Assembly: GCF_009914755.1 (NCBI RefSeq)
Contig: NC_060925.1
DNA from: the human T2T-CHM13v2.0 reference genome, Homo sapiens
Reading direction: 5' to 3' (one strand)
Length of the DNA stretch: 64,000 nucleotides
Notes under the pieces: model-generated
Told to the model about the DNA's origin: nothing
Databases searched by the model: none
The model's input: only the letters and a program-made list of their open reading frames with translations
Made by a program: the position numbers and the translations under genes
Part shown: positions 16,364 to 31,280 of the stretch, piece by piece
Layout of the letters: the number at the start of each line of letters is the position of its first letter
Position numbering within the stretch: position 1 is the stretch's first letter

Positions 16364-16624
16364 CTTCCTCTTGCCTGTCCGCCTGTTCTCCCAGGAATTC
16401 TATTTGGTCCAGGATCTCACAGCTGCTCCCCACAGGCAAAGGCAGCTGGCATGGTCCCACAGGGCACCGTTATGGCCACAAAGCCCCGCAGCGCAATGGG
16501 GGAAGGCAGGTGTGGATTTATTTTGCTGACATGGCTTCCTCTGAGGTAGCATTAGAGAGGAACACTGCCTTTTATTTTCCCCCTTACTCCATGGGAAAGG
16601 AGAGAAGGAGGTGTCCCTGGGAAG
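16364..16624 (-). ncRNA. Candidate internal exon of a minus-strand transcript
   Basis: Acceptor TCACTCTCTTCCTCTCTCATCAG and donor AAG|GTGAGT. No recognisable protein homology. Confidence 0.25.
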
Positions 16625-19600
16625 CTGATGAGAGAGGAAGAGAGTGACAACACAGAGGAGAGAAAGGGCTGCAGGAGAGGGAGCCACAGACACCTTGACT
16701 ACTTCACAACAAGGGGAAGCTGCTCTTATTATAGAGAATAGGGAGTGACTCAGACAGAGGCTTTCTTTGGGGAGCTGAGAGACTTCAGAAATTAAAGATT
16801 GAGGAGGGAGTTCAAAGAGTCTTCCCCTCCCCCATCCCATCATTTTACTCTGTGAATTTATTTTGACAAAATAATTTCAACCCAACCATAGCCATGTCTG
16901 ATTCTCTTACCACACTCAAGGAGATGCCAGTGTCCCCCATTTTATTATACCGCTGGAGTAAAGAATGCTAATGAGATTTGTTAAAGAAGAATGGCTTAGA
17001 TCCATCAAACAAAAAACAACCGTAAGGAAAGGCATATTGCATACTTGTTCCAGACCATCCTGACTGGCTGCTGATGCTGGATGAGGTCACTAGATCATTT
17101 CTTGCCTCCGCTTTCTCTTTTCTTCATCAGCTTGGGCAAAGTTACCATTCAATAACTATCTGGGGCCTCTAAGCCTAGTGAGACAAAGAACTGGGGAAGG
17201 TAAGGATGATGACTGAGAGGTTCCTGCATAGCCTTGAGAAACTTAGGTAGGGAAAATTCAGTTGTCAAAAGTCAGATAAATAGTTTTGGGGGTACTAAGA
17301 TCATTTGAAACCTACCACCCAGGCTGTCTACGGTCACTCGTTGCAATATTAAAAAGCAATTGAAAGTGAATCACTGAAAGTGATCCGAGCTCTGAAATCT
17401 AATAAGGAAAAAGGAATGTTTCCCAGAAGTTGTGGCATTTGGGGAGTTGTTTGGGTTCTTTGCAATGTTAGGGTTTGAGGTGGATTTTTCATGCCTGAAT
17501 CACACTCCTCACCCTGACGCTCTGAAGTTCTCAGCAGGAGGAGAATACTCATAAGGAGCAACAGCTCAGTGGGGAACAAAATCAAGTTTTAGTCAGGACT
17601 GTGAAAGAGCCTAAAAGCCCCACAGGCAAAACTTCTTGGGCAAAAAACAACTGGAGCACATGGCTCAAGAAGACCTAAGTGGGGCCACCCACCTCTTCCC
17701 AATGTAGAGCTTGACTCCCTGTGTTTCAGCATGCACTCCAGGAGCCAGAAATGTGGCATAATTTCATAAAAGACTGGGATCTACTCAAAAAGGGCTAGCC
17801 AGTACGTCTCAAGAGACCCAACCAATACACTGCACATTAAGCCTTCCTTGGCGGGGGGTTGGGGCAGGTGCAGAGCTAAGAGAGGGATGAAGAGAGTGTT
17901 CAAGAGCTTGTCAGCACTTCCCCCAAGTAAGGACAGGGCTGGGTGTGTTGTCCTCTACTAAGACATGTTGAAACATGCGGAGAAAACAAAAAAGTCATAT
18001 AAATAAGAAATTTCCAGAAAATCTTTATAGCCAATGATTGCTTTAGTCAGAAGTTTCTTTCTGAAAAGAGCTAGGCATAAGGGGGAGATTTAAGCTAAGC
18101 ATGAGATTCCTTCCCAATTCCACAGAAAACCACTTAGGCTCAAGGTAGGGCAATAATCCACAAGTACAGGGAACAAAGCACAGCTAGCTGGGATCTCCTG
18201 CCATCTCAGGGCCTATGAAGACTTCCAGGAAATGCTATAATATAATTGTTCAGGAAAAGGCTGTGTCTAGATCATTTAGCAGTTGGACACTAATCGTCAG
18301 GGCTTAAATAGATTATCACAGCATCAGTGGTGACAAGCAGATGTTTAATGCACCCATAGTCCACATGTGGTTGGAGGAGAACCTTCAACCATGGTTCGGT
18401 GCTTCATGCCACTGACTCAGAAGAATTTGATGCCAAGAAAAGATACTGACTGCCCTGAAAATACTCAAGGGCTTGGCTCATTGACCAGCTGCCTGCGAAG
18501 GGGATGTCCTTGGACAGCATGCTATGCCCCTCTGTGTTATGGCTATAACAGAAATAAGGAACAGTTGAATGACACAAAGTCTGACATCTACCACTTTTCT
18601 CCTTGTGCATTTGTGAACCCGGAAAAGCCATGGAATGTATAACAAAAGCAGATTCCTCACAAGTGCTGGAGGGCAACATGGAGGAATGCTACAACGTCCT
18701 GGGAAATTTTTTTTGAGGAGGACAACTAAATGATAGACAGTTGACAAAACTCAGGAAGAGGCAAGGAGATAGAGAGAGAATGAAACCCCTTTGACCTGAA
18801 GGCTCCTTCCTCACTTCAAGCTTTCAAAGCATCTCAAGTCCATTTTGAGGGGCAAGAGGAGGCAAGGGGGAAGAGGAGGTGGAGCAGGCAAGATCTCACA
18901 CCCTGCTTCAATCACAGCCATTCAATTTAAGTTTTGTATATGGGAATTTATGTCAGATTTAATTTGGCAAAAGGAAGAAGTGTTTTGAACACCATTGTTC
19001 TAGAAAAAAATAAATAATAGAAATTCCTAATATAACATGAAACAAAACTCTTGGCCTCCAATGTACCCAATTATATAAATTGACTCAAGCATAACTGGAA
19101 TTAGAACTGCTAGCTTCTGTCTAATTTGCCCTCTCCTCTCCTTCCCACAGTTCAACAATCCCAAGATCCTGTGGTGAAAGGGAAAGAGCCCTGGCCTCAG
19201 ACATGAGATGTGATGTAGAGATTGCTTCTTTTGTTTACTAGTGATGTAACCTGTGCTAATCACTCACCTTCCCTGAGCCTCCATTTTCTTGACTGTAAAA
19301 AGACATCCTTCTTCTTACCTCACAGGATTGTGGTAAAAGAACTCTTTCCTCTGAAGGAGCATTATGCAAATCTGTTTGCAACTTTTGAGTATCTTGTAAT
19401 ACCTATGCATTTCCACTTGTCAACAGATTCTAGTACATATCTCAGTCAATGAAACACTTATTCAAATTGACTGAAACTTCTGCCACCTGCAGATAGGCAT
19501 GAGTGAGTGAATGATCTACACTTCCAAGTTTCAATAAGTATCAGGGAAGTCATAGGATAAAGAATATGGGAATTCCAGTGAGAACATAATGGGCCCTGTC

Positions 19601-20988
19601 AACTCCTCAGTGGCTTCCATTGGCCCTATGGGTGGTCCAAAGACTACATCAGTCAGAATTAAAAAGGGAGCCCCTACAGCAGCCCTCTGAGGGGGGCAGG
19701 CCAGGAGACCCACTCTTCCATGAATTCCAGGAGCAGCAGCCACACTGCTATGCTCCTGCCTCCTCCTGTCACTCTGCTCCAGTTACATGCCCCAGAGTCA
19801 CTGTAGGGCCACAGAAGGTTGCTGCACCCTGTCCTTTCAGGCTCACTATCCCATGCCTTGACAGACAAGATGACGTGGATGGAAGGCAGGCCAGCCCGGT
19901 GACCATAAGGCTCAAGAAGGAAAACAGATGAACGATTTCAGTAGGATTCAAAAGGAGAAAAAAACCCTCTGTGTTGCTTCTGTTTTTTCACAGAAGAAAG
20001 AAGTCCATTCATAGTTCTTATATATGCAAACAAAGACTGCAAGTGATCTTCTGGATTCGCAGACTGCAGCAATGCCCCATTCAAGCCTCTCAGCCATTCC
20101 TCAAGCACCAGAAACCCCAGCACGAGGTTATCAAACCTTCTTATTCGTGAGCACTCCTGATTGCTCTACAGCAGCTACAGATGTAATCCCGAAAATGCCT
20201 CCAAATGCTGCAAACAAACAGTCTGTTTTTAACTGTAATGCAAGGTGTTACCTTAAAAGGGAGAAGTGCATGTGGCACTTTTAAATGCTATGCCTCAAGC
20301 AACTGTGTGACTTATAAATCACTGTCCTTATCTTAATTAATGACAATGAGAAGTAAACATGCTCACAGAAAGAACCAGTCTCTAGATGGTAAAACTGGAA
20401 CCAGATCACTGAACAGCAAGTGGGATAACAGTAAAGTCAAAAAACAACAGGCTGCTCAGGAGAGTGCTCTGTTGTCCCTTGCATAAAAAGCAGGCTTGAC
20501 TACAGAAATGATTACATGGAAATTTTAAAAGGAATCAGAATGTATTCATAATTATACTTGACCTTTAAATATTGCCTCGCCATTTTCAAAGCCCTTTCAC
20601 ATGCATCATGAAACCTGATGTTCACAAAACCCCTGGGAACAGGGAACACAGACATGGTTCCCATTTGACAGATGGGCAAACTAAAGCCTGAAGAGGTTAT
20701 GTAACTTGCCTGGGGTCACACACCTGGTAAGTGACAGAGCTGGGCCTTAAACCTAGGTATCCAGGCTTCAATTTCAGTGCTTCCGTTACATAAAACCTGC
20801 TGCTCTGAAAGCTCAGTAAAACTAAATAAATATCTTAGAAGAATGATTAGGTTGTCAGACTTCTCAAAATTACATACCAAAAACAAACTGGCTCGAGTTG
20901 AAGGTCAAGAAGTGTAGAGCCATGATGACAGAAGGCATCCTTTTAACATCTCTATGTTGCAAATCTACAGACTCCCATTCTCACTCAC

Positions 20989-21142
20989 CTGTTTTTCCAG
21001 TAAACACACTGAGGCATAGAGATGCTAAAGGATGGGCTTAATATCATTTATAAGGCCCAAGATAAGAAAATTTCAAGGTCTTGCCACTGCCAGTTTTGGT
21101 GCAAATTAACAGCATCACTGAGTAGCCAATAGATGCTGGGCC
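20989..21142 (-). ncRNA. Candidate 154-nt non-coding exon
   Basis: Acceptor CCCCCCTTATTCCCTAG and donor CAG|GTGAGT. The longest frame closes at TGA inside the exon. Confidence 0.3.
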
Positions 21143-22393
21143 CTAGGGAATAAGGGGGGCGATGGCACACAAATTAAACAGAAAATGCACCCGTCCTGGG
21201 CAAGCCAGCTGAAACAGCTCTCCCAAAGCAAACAAGATATGCTAATAGAGTCAAGGTCATCTTCACTTTCCTCTAAGGAAAATGGGAACTTCTCTGGGAG
21301 CTCTATTCCTGGAAGGTCTACTTGTCATTGGCTGTTGCTCTATTTCTTATGAGTCATCAGTCTTTTTAGCCTGATTTTATTTAATTCACTTTGCAGTTTC
21401 TTCAATGGATGAAAGGATTCATTTTAAAAGTCTCTGCACCAATTTTAAGAGCTGCTAGCTTCCAAGTCTGTGCAAGCTACCCACCATGTTGGGCAGTTTT
21501 GTGTGTAGGTGTGTGTGTTTTGTGTCTTTGCGTGGAGGCACAGTACCATTAAAATATTCACCCTCATAGAAGGAGGCAGACCCCCTGAAACCCAAGTGAG
21601 AAACACGGCCTTTACAATTTGTTATTCAACTTATTATTTCAGCATAGAAGAAAACCAGGGCACAAGTTCTGCAAATGCCAGGCTCATTAATGAAATGGGT
21701 TTTACACCCAAGAGCTGAATGGGCTATCTAGGCCCTGAGATAGTACATTTTGTGGCAATAATACTTTAACAGATAATGAATCAGCAAATTGCACTGGTGG
21801 CTTATTTCATTTACTTTGGATAGGATTGGTCTTCCCGCCACATCATTTTTCTGGTTAAAACCTAGTGGAATGTTTTCCTTTCCAGTTCTCAAGAAATACT
21901 GCTTTTTGGTGGGGGTGAAACAAAGCCCTAAGCCTTGTGAAGGAAACAGAGACTAACAAAATAGAATGTAACACTGTAGAGGAAACTTCAGACCACCCAG
22001 CCAACTACTGAAAGCCAGAGACTTTCAGCCCAGGCTGGGAAGAGACCCAGGGTCTTGCGCTATGAAAACAATATTGCAATTCATCAGCATAACTCCAGCA
22101 GGTACCTCTCATTCCCGAGGTGCACCAAGGCTAATTAAGTTGCCAGATGCACTAACCATGTTAAGCATTTTAAAAGACAGGTTTTCACTCTGAAACAGCC
22201 TGCTCTCCCCCTTGTTCTGGATACAGGCATAACTGCTTCCAACCTTCCCCAGAATGTTTGGCAGCCCCTGGAAAGAGGAAGAAAGGGGTAGAATGCTTGT
22301 TAAGAGTAGGAGAGCGTCATGTTCTCTTAATGCGGGGTTTTTCAACAGTGGCACTATTGACATCTGGGACCAGATAATTTCCTGTTGTGGGGG

Positions 22394-22842
22394 TGTATTG
22401 GTTTGCGAGGGCTGCCATAACTATGCATCACAAACTGGGGGCTTTAAAAGAACAGAAGCTTATTCTGTCATGGTTCTGGAGGTTAGAACGTTGAAATCCA
22501 GACATCAGCAAGGTTTGTTCCTTCTGAGGGAGAATGTGTTCCAGGCCCTAGCTTCTGGTGATGGCCAGCAATCCCTGGTGTTCCTTTGCTCATTGACGCA
22601 TCATTCCAGTCTAAGCTTCCATCTTCTCACAGCTCTCCCTGTGCCTCTGGGTCTTCACATTGCAGTCTTCTAATAAGGACACCAGTTATATTGAATTAGG
22701 GGCCCACTAACTCCAGAGTGACATTGTCTTAACTAATAACTACATCTTAAGCCACCGCATTTTCAAATAAGGTCACATTCTGAGGTACTGAGGGTTAGAA
22801 CTTCAACATATCTTTTGGGGGGCACACAATTCAACTCATACA
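22394..22842 (-). mobile_element. MLT1C-type MaLR solo LTR
   Basis: TGTATTGGTT…AAATAAGGTCACATTCTGAGGTACTG…CACAATTCAACTCATACA. TSD GGGGG on both sides. Confidence 0.87.
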
Positions 22843-22879
22843 GGGGGTCTTTGGGACAATGTAGAATGTTTAGCAGCAT

Positions 22880-23059
22880 CACACAGAGACTTTACCTCCC
22901 TTGCCATGACAAGACCATCTGAGATCCTATACTAGATGTTTATTACAGAACATACCACAGTGAATTGTGATTGGTGAGTCACTGGTCTAGTTCACTCACC
23001 AGAGTCAGGGGAGAATAGGAACAGCATCTTATTCATGGATCCACCCCATGTGCTCAAAA
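22880..23059 (+). repeat. 180-bp direct duplicate of 23751-23930 (inserted copy)
   Basis: Ungapped alignment at offset 871 with 3 mismatches. Confidence 0.97.
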
Positions 23060-23750
23060 GTTTACCCGCTACATATGAGCACTCTCCCTGTCATGACAAT
23101 AAAAATTGCCTGTAGACATTGTCAAAGGTTCCCTGCAGGCAAAATCACCCCTGGTAGAGAACCACTGTCTTTGGATCAGAAAAGTAAAGTTTAATTCTGA
23201 TTCTGTTTTAATTAATTGTGCTATTGCCTTAAAAAATTTGGTCAAACTCTCTGGTCTTCACTTTTTCTCATACATCTCATAAGAGCAGTGGTGTTGCTGA
23301 GGCCTGATTGAGATAGTATATGGAAAGAGTTTGCTGCATAATGAGACGCAATAAATGACAACTATTATCTTTTGTAAACCAGGGAAGTTTCTTTTGCAGG
23401 ATTCTCTGTGGGTCTCAGTATTTACTGCCCTGATACTGAACTCTAGTCCTTGTCCCCGAGAGCTCCAGAAGGCAAAGGAGCTTTCCAGGTGTGCTCTGCA
23501 TCCACTGCTGGGGGCAGAAAGTCCCCTTAGAGCCCAGCCCAAGCCCTCCCAGCATCTGTGACTGCGGCACCAAAGCTGCAGACAGCCATATATCACAGCC
23601 AAGGAAAGGGAAGCTCTGAGTATGATCAGAATGTTAATGTGGCTGCATTGCACCATGGACAGTATCAGCCCAAGTGAACACTGTAGAAAATCCACTGGAG
23701 ACGGGGATGTGGGTGAAGAGAACTGGTTCTTAGGTATTGACTACGGCATA

Positions 23751-23930
23751 CACGCAGAGACTTTACCTCCCTTGCCATGACAAGACCATCTGAGATCCCA
23801 TACTAGGTGTTTATTACAGAACATACCACAGTGAATTGTGATTGGTGAGTCACTGGTCTAGTTCACTCACCAGAGTCAGGGGAGAATAGGAACAGCATCT
23901 TATTCATGGATCCACCCCATGTGCTCAAAA
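23751..23930 (+). repeat. Source copy of the 180-bp duplication; runs into an L2-like 3' end
   Basis: It continues as GTGCCTGTCACATAGCAGACACTCAATAAA (L2 tail-like), whereas the other copy interrupts MER20. Confidence 0.9.
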
Positions 23931-26079
23931 TGGGTGCCTGTCACATAGCAGACACTCAATAAAAGTGTGCGTGCTTAATAAATGGGCCACCTTTCATCTC
24001 CAAGGTCTCTAGCCTACAAAATGGCATGTTTCTTTAAAGCCCTAATACAATCTAAGGCCCTAATACATCCCATGAATCTGGGGAAATCCCATATTTTTCA
24101 CATCTCTTCTCATCAGGTAATTTCTAGGTATTCCCAAGGAATGCTAACATGTTCCACAAATCTATTCTGGTTGACATGTAACCCTTTCATCAGTCATTCT
24201 CCTGGATGCTTCCTGTCATCTTTTAATTGGCTTTTGTTGCTTACTCCATATAATTTCCACTCATGTGGACTCCACCCCAATTGCCCAATGCACTTTAAGA
24301 ACAGGCTTATAGCATTTAACAGATCCCTTACCAAAGACTGAGAGACCACGTGGCAACACAAGTCACTTTCAACTGCTATTCACATGGCTACTCTCAAAGT
24401 CCCCTAGACTATATTGGACTGCATATCCCTGCCTATTTCCCCTTTCATCAGGTAGGATAGAAAGGGAGAGAGCTCCACCTCCCCAAAGGAATTTCCAGGC
24501 CTTCCTCTATCCAAGGACCTAGACCCACCCCAGTTTCAGGACAGAGAAAGACCGGAAGTCTTCCCCACCCCATCTCATTTTCCATCCCAAGATGATCATA
24601 GAAACTCATCTCCTTCAGGAACAAAGGGAAGACTGGCCCCTATTGCCCCCCAAAACTATCACTATATTCATCAATAATAATAATACAATTCATCTAAAAT
24701 GTGGGTTTATTCTGTCTTAAGTAAGACCAATGAGGGCCATCACTGCTGCAGCCCAGGTAACAGTATTCTCATCCCAGTCCTGCCACTTTCCAGTCATTCC
24801 TCTAGTGTAAGATAAAGGAAAGATGAAGTTTATTCATCCCTCCTGACATGGTCCAGTCCTCTCTGAACAAATGCAGATCACAAAAACACCCATATCTCCC
24901 AAGAAGAAAGAAAAGCTTTCCAACATAAGAATGGTCAACTTGCATTACCAAACAGAAGATTTAACATCTCCGTCTAAAGCATTTCTATTTCAATGACTTT
25001 ACTAGTTCAAGTCTCCTTCAATACATTGATTAGATTTGTGCCTTAGGTTTAGCTAGTAAAAGAGATTTATCTAAGAGAGGACCCTTAAACTATGGGAGTG
25101 TATTGGGCATTTTTGTTTGATTGTTGACCAGAATCAAAAAGTTCCCAGTTTGGGGGAACTCCCTTTGTGCAGATCCACAGAAGCTAAGTATGGGTGATTC
25201 TCATTACTTCCATACCTTGTCAACCCAATACACACACACACAGGCCAGAGCTCCTGCTATGTTTGTTTTCACACTGCTCAACTCCAAAGTGTGCTATGAA
25301 CACTATAGGCATCCTTGATTTGTATATTTATTATAACAATATTCTGACAGATGAGAGTAAAATGTCAGGAAGGAGGGATGTCTTTGTCTAATTTATATAA
25401 AGGCTCTGTTTGGGCTAGTGGTGGTCGTGGTCCAGGCTCCCCCCACCTCCCCACAATCCTTTAAATCATGAGCTATGATAGTGATACAAAGAGGACTGGT
25501 CAGGGAGATTAGCTCTGCAGTGGCTATGACAGTGGTATAGCCCAGAACCTGTGTGTAATGGTTGTAGTATCTGGTGGTGACAGTGTTGAGTGGTGGCAGC
25601 ATTGTACATCAGCAGCTATAGCCATACCCTGGCCCAAATGTTCATTGAGCTAAGCCTCCATTGGTGGATGACTATTCTCCACACCTGGTTTTCCAGCGTC
25701 CCCACTGATGCTGTGGGTTAGTCATGATCCTTCCAACTCCATGCCTCCACTGAGCAGCTAGACATACTAGGAGAAAGACATGACCATGAGAAACTGCCCA
25801 GCAATCACACAATGCTCCCATGGTAAATTTGCTTCCCCACTTTTCATGATACCACTTCACATCTTTTTAGCTTTCCTTGAAAACTCTAATAACTCCTCCA
25901 ATATCTCTTTCTCCAACCCCATCTTTAGCTGATAGCACCATGCTTCATTTCACTGAAAAAATAAGAACAAATGAGAAACATCTGTACCCGCTTCCTCTCC
26001 TTCCCCTCCTGTTGAAATGAATGAACCATCCCTGTTCCTGTTTTAGTCAACCCTTCACTGGTACAGTGGAGTTCATCCC

Positions 26080-26424
26080 TGTATTAGTCCATTTTCATGC
26101 TGCTGATAAAGACATACCCAAGACTGGGCAATTTACAAAAGAAAGACTTACAGTTCCATATGGCTGGGGAAGGCTCACAATCATGGTGGAAGGCAAGGAG
26201 GAGCAAGTCATGTCTTACATGGATGGCAGCAGGCAAAGAGAGAGAGTTTGTGCAGAAAAACTCCCCTTTATAAAACCATCAGATCTAGCGAGACTTAGTC
26301 ACTATCACGAGAACAGCATGGGAAAGACATGCCCCCATGATTCAGTTAAATCCCACTGGGTCCCTCCTACAACACATGGGAATTCAGGATGAGATTTGGG
26401 TGGGGACACAGCCAAACTATATCA
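26080..26424 (-). mobile_element. THE1 (B/C-type) MaLR solo LTR within an L2 relic
   Basis: TGTATTAGTCCATTTTCATGCTGCTGATAAAGACATACCC…GGGACACAGCCAAACTATATCA. TSD ATCCC at 26075-26079 and 26425-26429. Confidence 0.93.
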
Positions 26425-26589
26425 ATCCCTATTCACCTACTCAAAGGACTCCAGCCCAGCAGGCATAATCTCTCTCTCCCATATTACCAATTCTCCCTGT
26501 TTGTGGAGTATTCCTGTTTCAACTACCATCATTATAACCGGCTATTGGATACAAACGTTCCCATTAGATGAAAAAAACAAAAAAGAGAA

Positions 26590-27170
26590 CCTCCTTCAAT
26601 TCATAAGCACGACTCTCCTCAGAATCCCTGACATGACCCTGTACTACAGGAGAGCAACCAGCCACCAGCTGATGTTGCTTATATTGGAGCCCTGCCATCA
26701 TGGAGGGGCATCAATTTGTTCTCACCAGAATAGACACTTATTTTTCAATGTGGATTTGCTTTCTCTGCCTTATCCATCATGATTCTGACAATATATCCAT
26801 CATGGTTCTGAAAATATATCCATTATTGGACTTTCTATATGCCTCATACATGCTTTATATGATTATATCACATAGAACATTGTCTCTGACCAAGGGATTC
26901 ACTTCACAGGAAAATAAATGAGGAAATCTGGCTGATGCCCATGGAACTTAATAGTACTACAATGTACCCTATAGCTCAAAGTCAGCTTATGGAATGGTGC
27001 AATGATCCACTGAATATTTAGTATGACGCTAGCTTGGAAACAACACTGTGATATAGGAGTGCAGTCCTATAGGATGCTGTATATGCTCTGAACCAGCGAT
27101 TAATATGTGATACTATATCTACCACAGTCAAATACACAAGGCAATGAATCAAAGGGTAAAAGAGTGGCTT
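26590..27170 (+). mobile_element. Degenerate ERV-L internal region (integrase core relic)
   Basis: Frameshifted peptides resemble ERVL integrase (YIGALPSWRG, HQFVLTRIDTY, SDQGIHFT; compare YIGPLP…FVLTGIDTYS…SDQGTHFT). Confidence 0.75.
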
Positions 27171-28289
27171 ATGTCCCAAATGTGGCTGTGTCCAACAGTA
27201 GCTGAGTCTGGCAATGACAGCAATATACTGTAGCAATGATGCCCATATCCTGAACTGCTTTTCTTGACTGCAGCCAACTTCAGTTTCTGCCCATTTTCCA
27301 AGTGGAATTCTTCAGGCTTCCCTATAGCTTTGTAAGATTATATCCTTCCATTATCCTTCCAAAAAATTCATTTTTCAGCCTAAGGTACTCAGCCTTGGTT
27401 TCTATTTCTTGACCCAGACTGTCATAGAAGGCTCTACACAAAGATAATTCAGAAACTAATTGCAATCCCCAAAATCATTTTTCAGCTTTCAAAAATGTAA
27501 CATTCAGTCTTTGCTAGGCATCCCATTACAAATGTATGAACGTGAGAATAAATGAACTCCAGCTTTCAGCTCTCCAGAGTAGGTAACTACATGTTAAGAA
27601 CCCCAAACAGTGAATCTGAGCTGCTTACTTCCTTATACTGCTTGACCTGTTAGTTTTGCCAGCCGTAAAAAATGATTCATGGGACCAATCAGCAGCAGAA
27701 CAAAGTAGGGGATTTGGATTTACTGGGTGTTTTTCTTTGGGGGTGGGGAGTAGGTGAAAGATGACACTATTCTGATTCCTAAACCATTTACTGATCACAA
27801 GAAATTCTTAGATTAAAACCAATATTTTTTAAATTATGATACAAATTGATGTAATGTCCTTCTATCATACTTTTACCCTCGGCGGGGGGCTACTAGAATA
27901 AAAAATGGAACCATATAAAACTTGTGCATCACTATTGGCATATATTTTGACCTTTTTTCATCTCCTCACCACCACCACCAAAGCACTAAAAATAAAATAC
28001 AACAAATCTATGCAAGAACACAGGATTCCAATCATCACGACCTTTTGTTGTGCAGTCTTCACAGGATAAATGGCTTTGATGCTCATTAAAATATTTAGAA
28101 CAAAAGCAAAAGGGAATTTAGCAAAAGGCATTCTCTGTCCCCCCACCTCCTACAGGAATATTCATGAGAACAGCCCTCTGACACCTACAACACACTGCTT
28201 CTTGTGATATCTTCAATTCATGGCAATGTTTTAAAATGTAGGTTTTCTCATTATTCAGCCAACAGATTAGGGGACAACTGCCTTTGAAA

Positions 28290-28748
28290 ATATAACGTAT
28301 CACTCACAATTCCTGAGAAGAAGGCATGCCATCCCACAAAGGGCCATGTGGGGAAGCACCGGGTGAGTCAGGAGGCAGAAAGGGCAGAAAGGGCAAGGGG
28401 AAGATGTAGGCAGGAGATTTTATTGTGGGAAGTAGCTTAAAATTGATTAGTTTGAATAATTTCCATGGGCTCTGGAATATGGGAACGGTCTCTAGTTGTC
28501 TGGTACCTGGCCCTAGGATAATTAGAGTGGAGGAATATTGCCTCTTCAAGTGTAGGAGCCAGATAGAGAAGGTGGCTCAAAGTATGAGCTCCAGATTGGT
28601 TAGTTTAGCTTGCATATGAAAGGCACACTTCTGGGCGAGTCCTTTGCTATCTCTAGAATTAACTAGCCCTGGAAAGGGCAGTCTCTTCCCAGGCAATGAG
28701 GCCCCAGATGCCAGACCATCAAGAGTACAGAAGGTAAGAAAATATTGT
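28290..28748 (-). mobile_element. ERVL solo LTR (MER54/MER74-like); its terminal bases lie beyond the L1 at 30619-30625
   Basis: After removing the L1, the minus strand reads TGTATTAACAATATTTTC…TTGATGGTCTGGCATCTGGGGCCTC…CCAGGGCTAGTTAATTCTAGAGATAGCAAAGGACTCGCC. Confidence 0.7.
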
Positions 28749-30604
<1,856 letters not shown>

Positions 30605-30724
30605 TAAGAAAATATTGTTAATACAAGCAATGACACTTCCAAGTTCCCAAAGGGCCTTCTGAATCATCTAAGTATAGGCTAAATCTTATTCATCATGATT
30701 TTGGCAATAAGATCTCTGACTTTG

Positions 30725-31280
30725 AGGATTCCTTGAGTTGCCAGTGACCAAAAACAAAACAAACCAACACACAAAAAACTGGCTAAAACAGGAAAAAGGG
30801 ATGTGTTGGCTCATGGATCTCAAAATCCAAGAATATGGCTGGCTTCTGCCATGTTTGATCTAAGCATTGTGGGCCCAGTTTTTCTACATTTCTGGCTCTG
30901 TTTTTCCAGACCCTTCCTCACTGGGCTTGCCTCACTATGGCAGGACCACAGGGGCACCAAGCTTACATCTTCTACGACTCAATTCAGAGGAAGAGAGACA
31001 AGGTCATTTCCCCAGAATTTCCAGCAAATGTCACCCTGATTCCCATTGGCTCTAAATGGATTACATCACCATCCCTTAACCAGTCACTATGGCTGGGAGA
31101 TGGCAAGCTGCCTGTTTACTTAAGCCAATCAGGTATAGCCCTGGAGCCAAGGATGGAGCCACCCAAATGAAACTGCATGGTTTGGAATGGATGAGGGGCA
31201 TTTTCCTATAGGAAATGTGGAGAACTGCTACCAGAAGAGAAGAAATTAATGATGGATTTCAAACATATGATGTCTACCAA
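30725..31280 (-). mobile_element. Old MLT1 (J/K-like) LTR relic
   Basis: GTTGCCAGTGACCAAAAAC…AACTGGCTAAAACAGGAAAAAGGGA…CCCTTAACCAGTCACTATGGCTGGG. Confidence 0.6.

Larger units (their letters stand above)
22332..23167 (-). mobile_element. MER20 (hAT-Charlie), interrupted by an MLT1C-type LTR and by a 180-bp templated insertion
   Basis: GGGTTTTTCAACAGTGGCACTATTGACAT…TGTTTAGCAGCATC|…|TTTACCCGCTA…GGCAAAATCACCCCTGGTAGAGAACCACTG matches MER20 in three pieces. Confidence 0.85.

Noticed and set aside
19480-19493. CTCF-like motif (CTGCAGGTGGCAG on the minus strand); a similar weak one lies near 36802
   Set aside because: Partial matches only, which cannot be supported without PWM or ChIP data.
21075-21142. 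Minus-strand peptide LICTKTGSGKTL resembling a helicase Walker A motif
   Set aside because: The frame terminates about 10 codons later and no other helicase motifs are nearby, so it is treated as chance.
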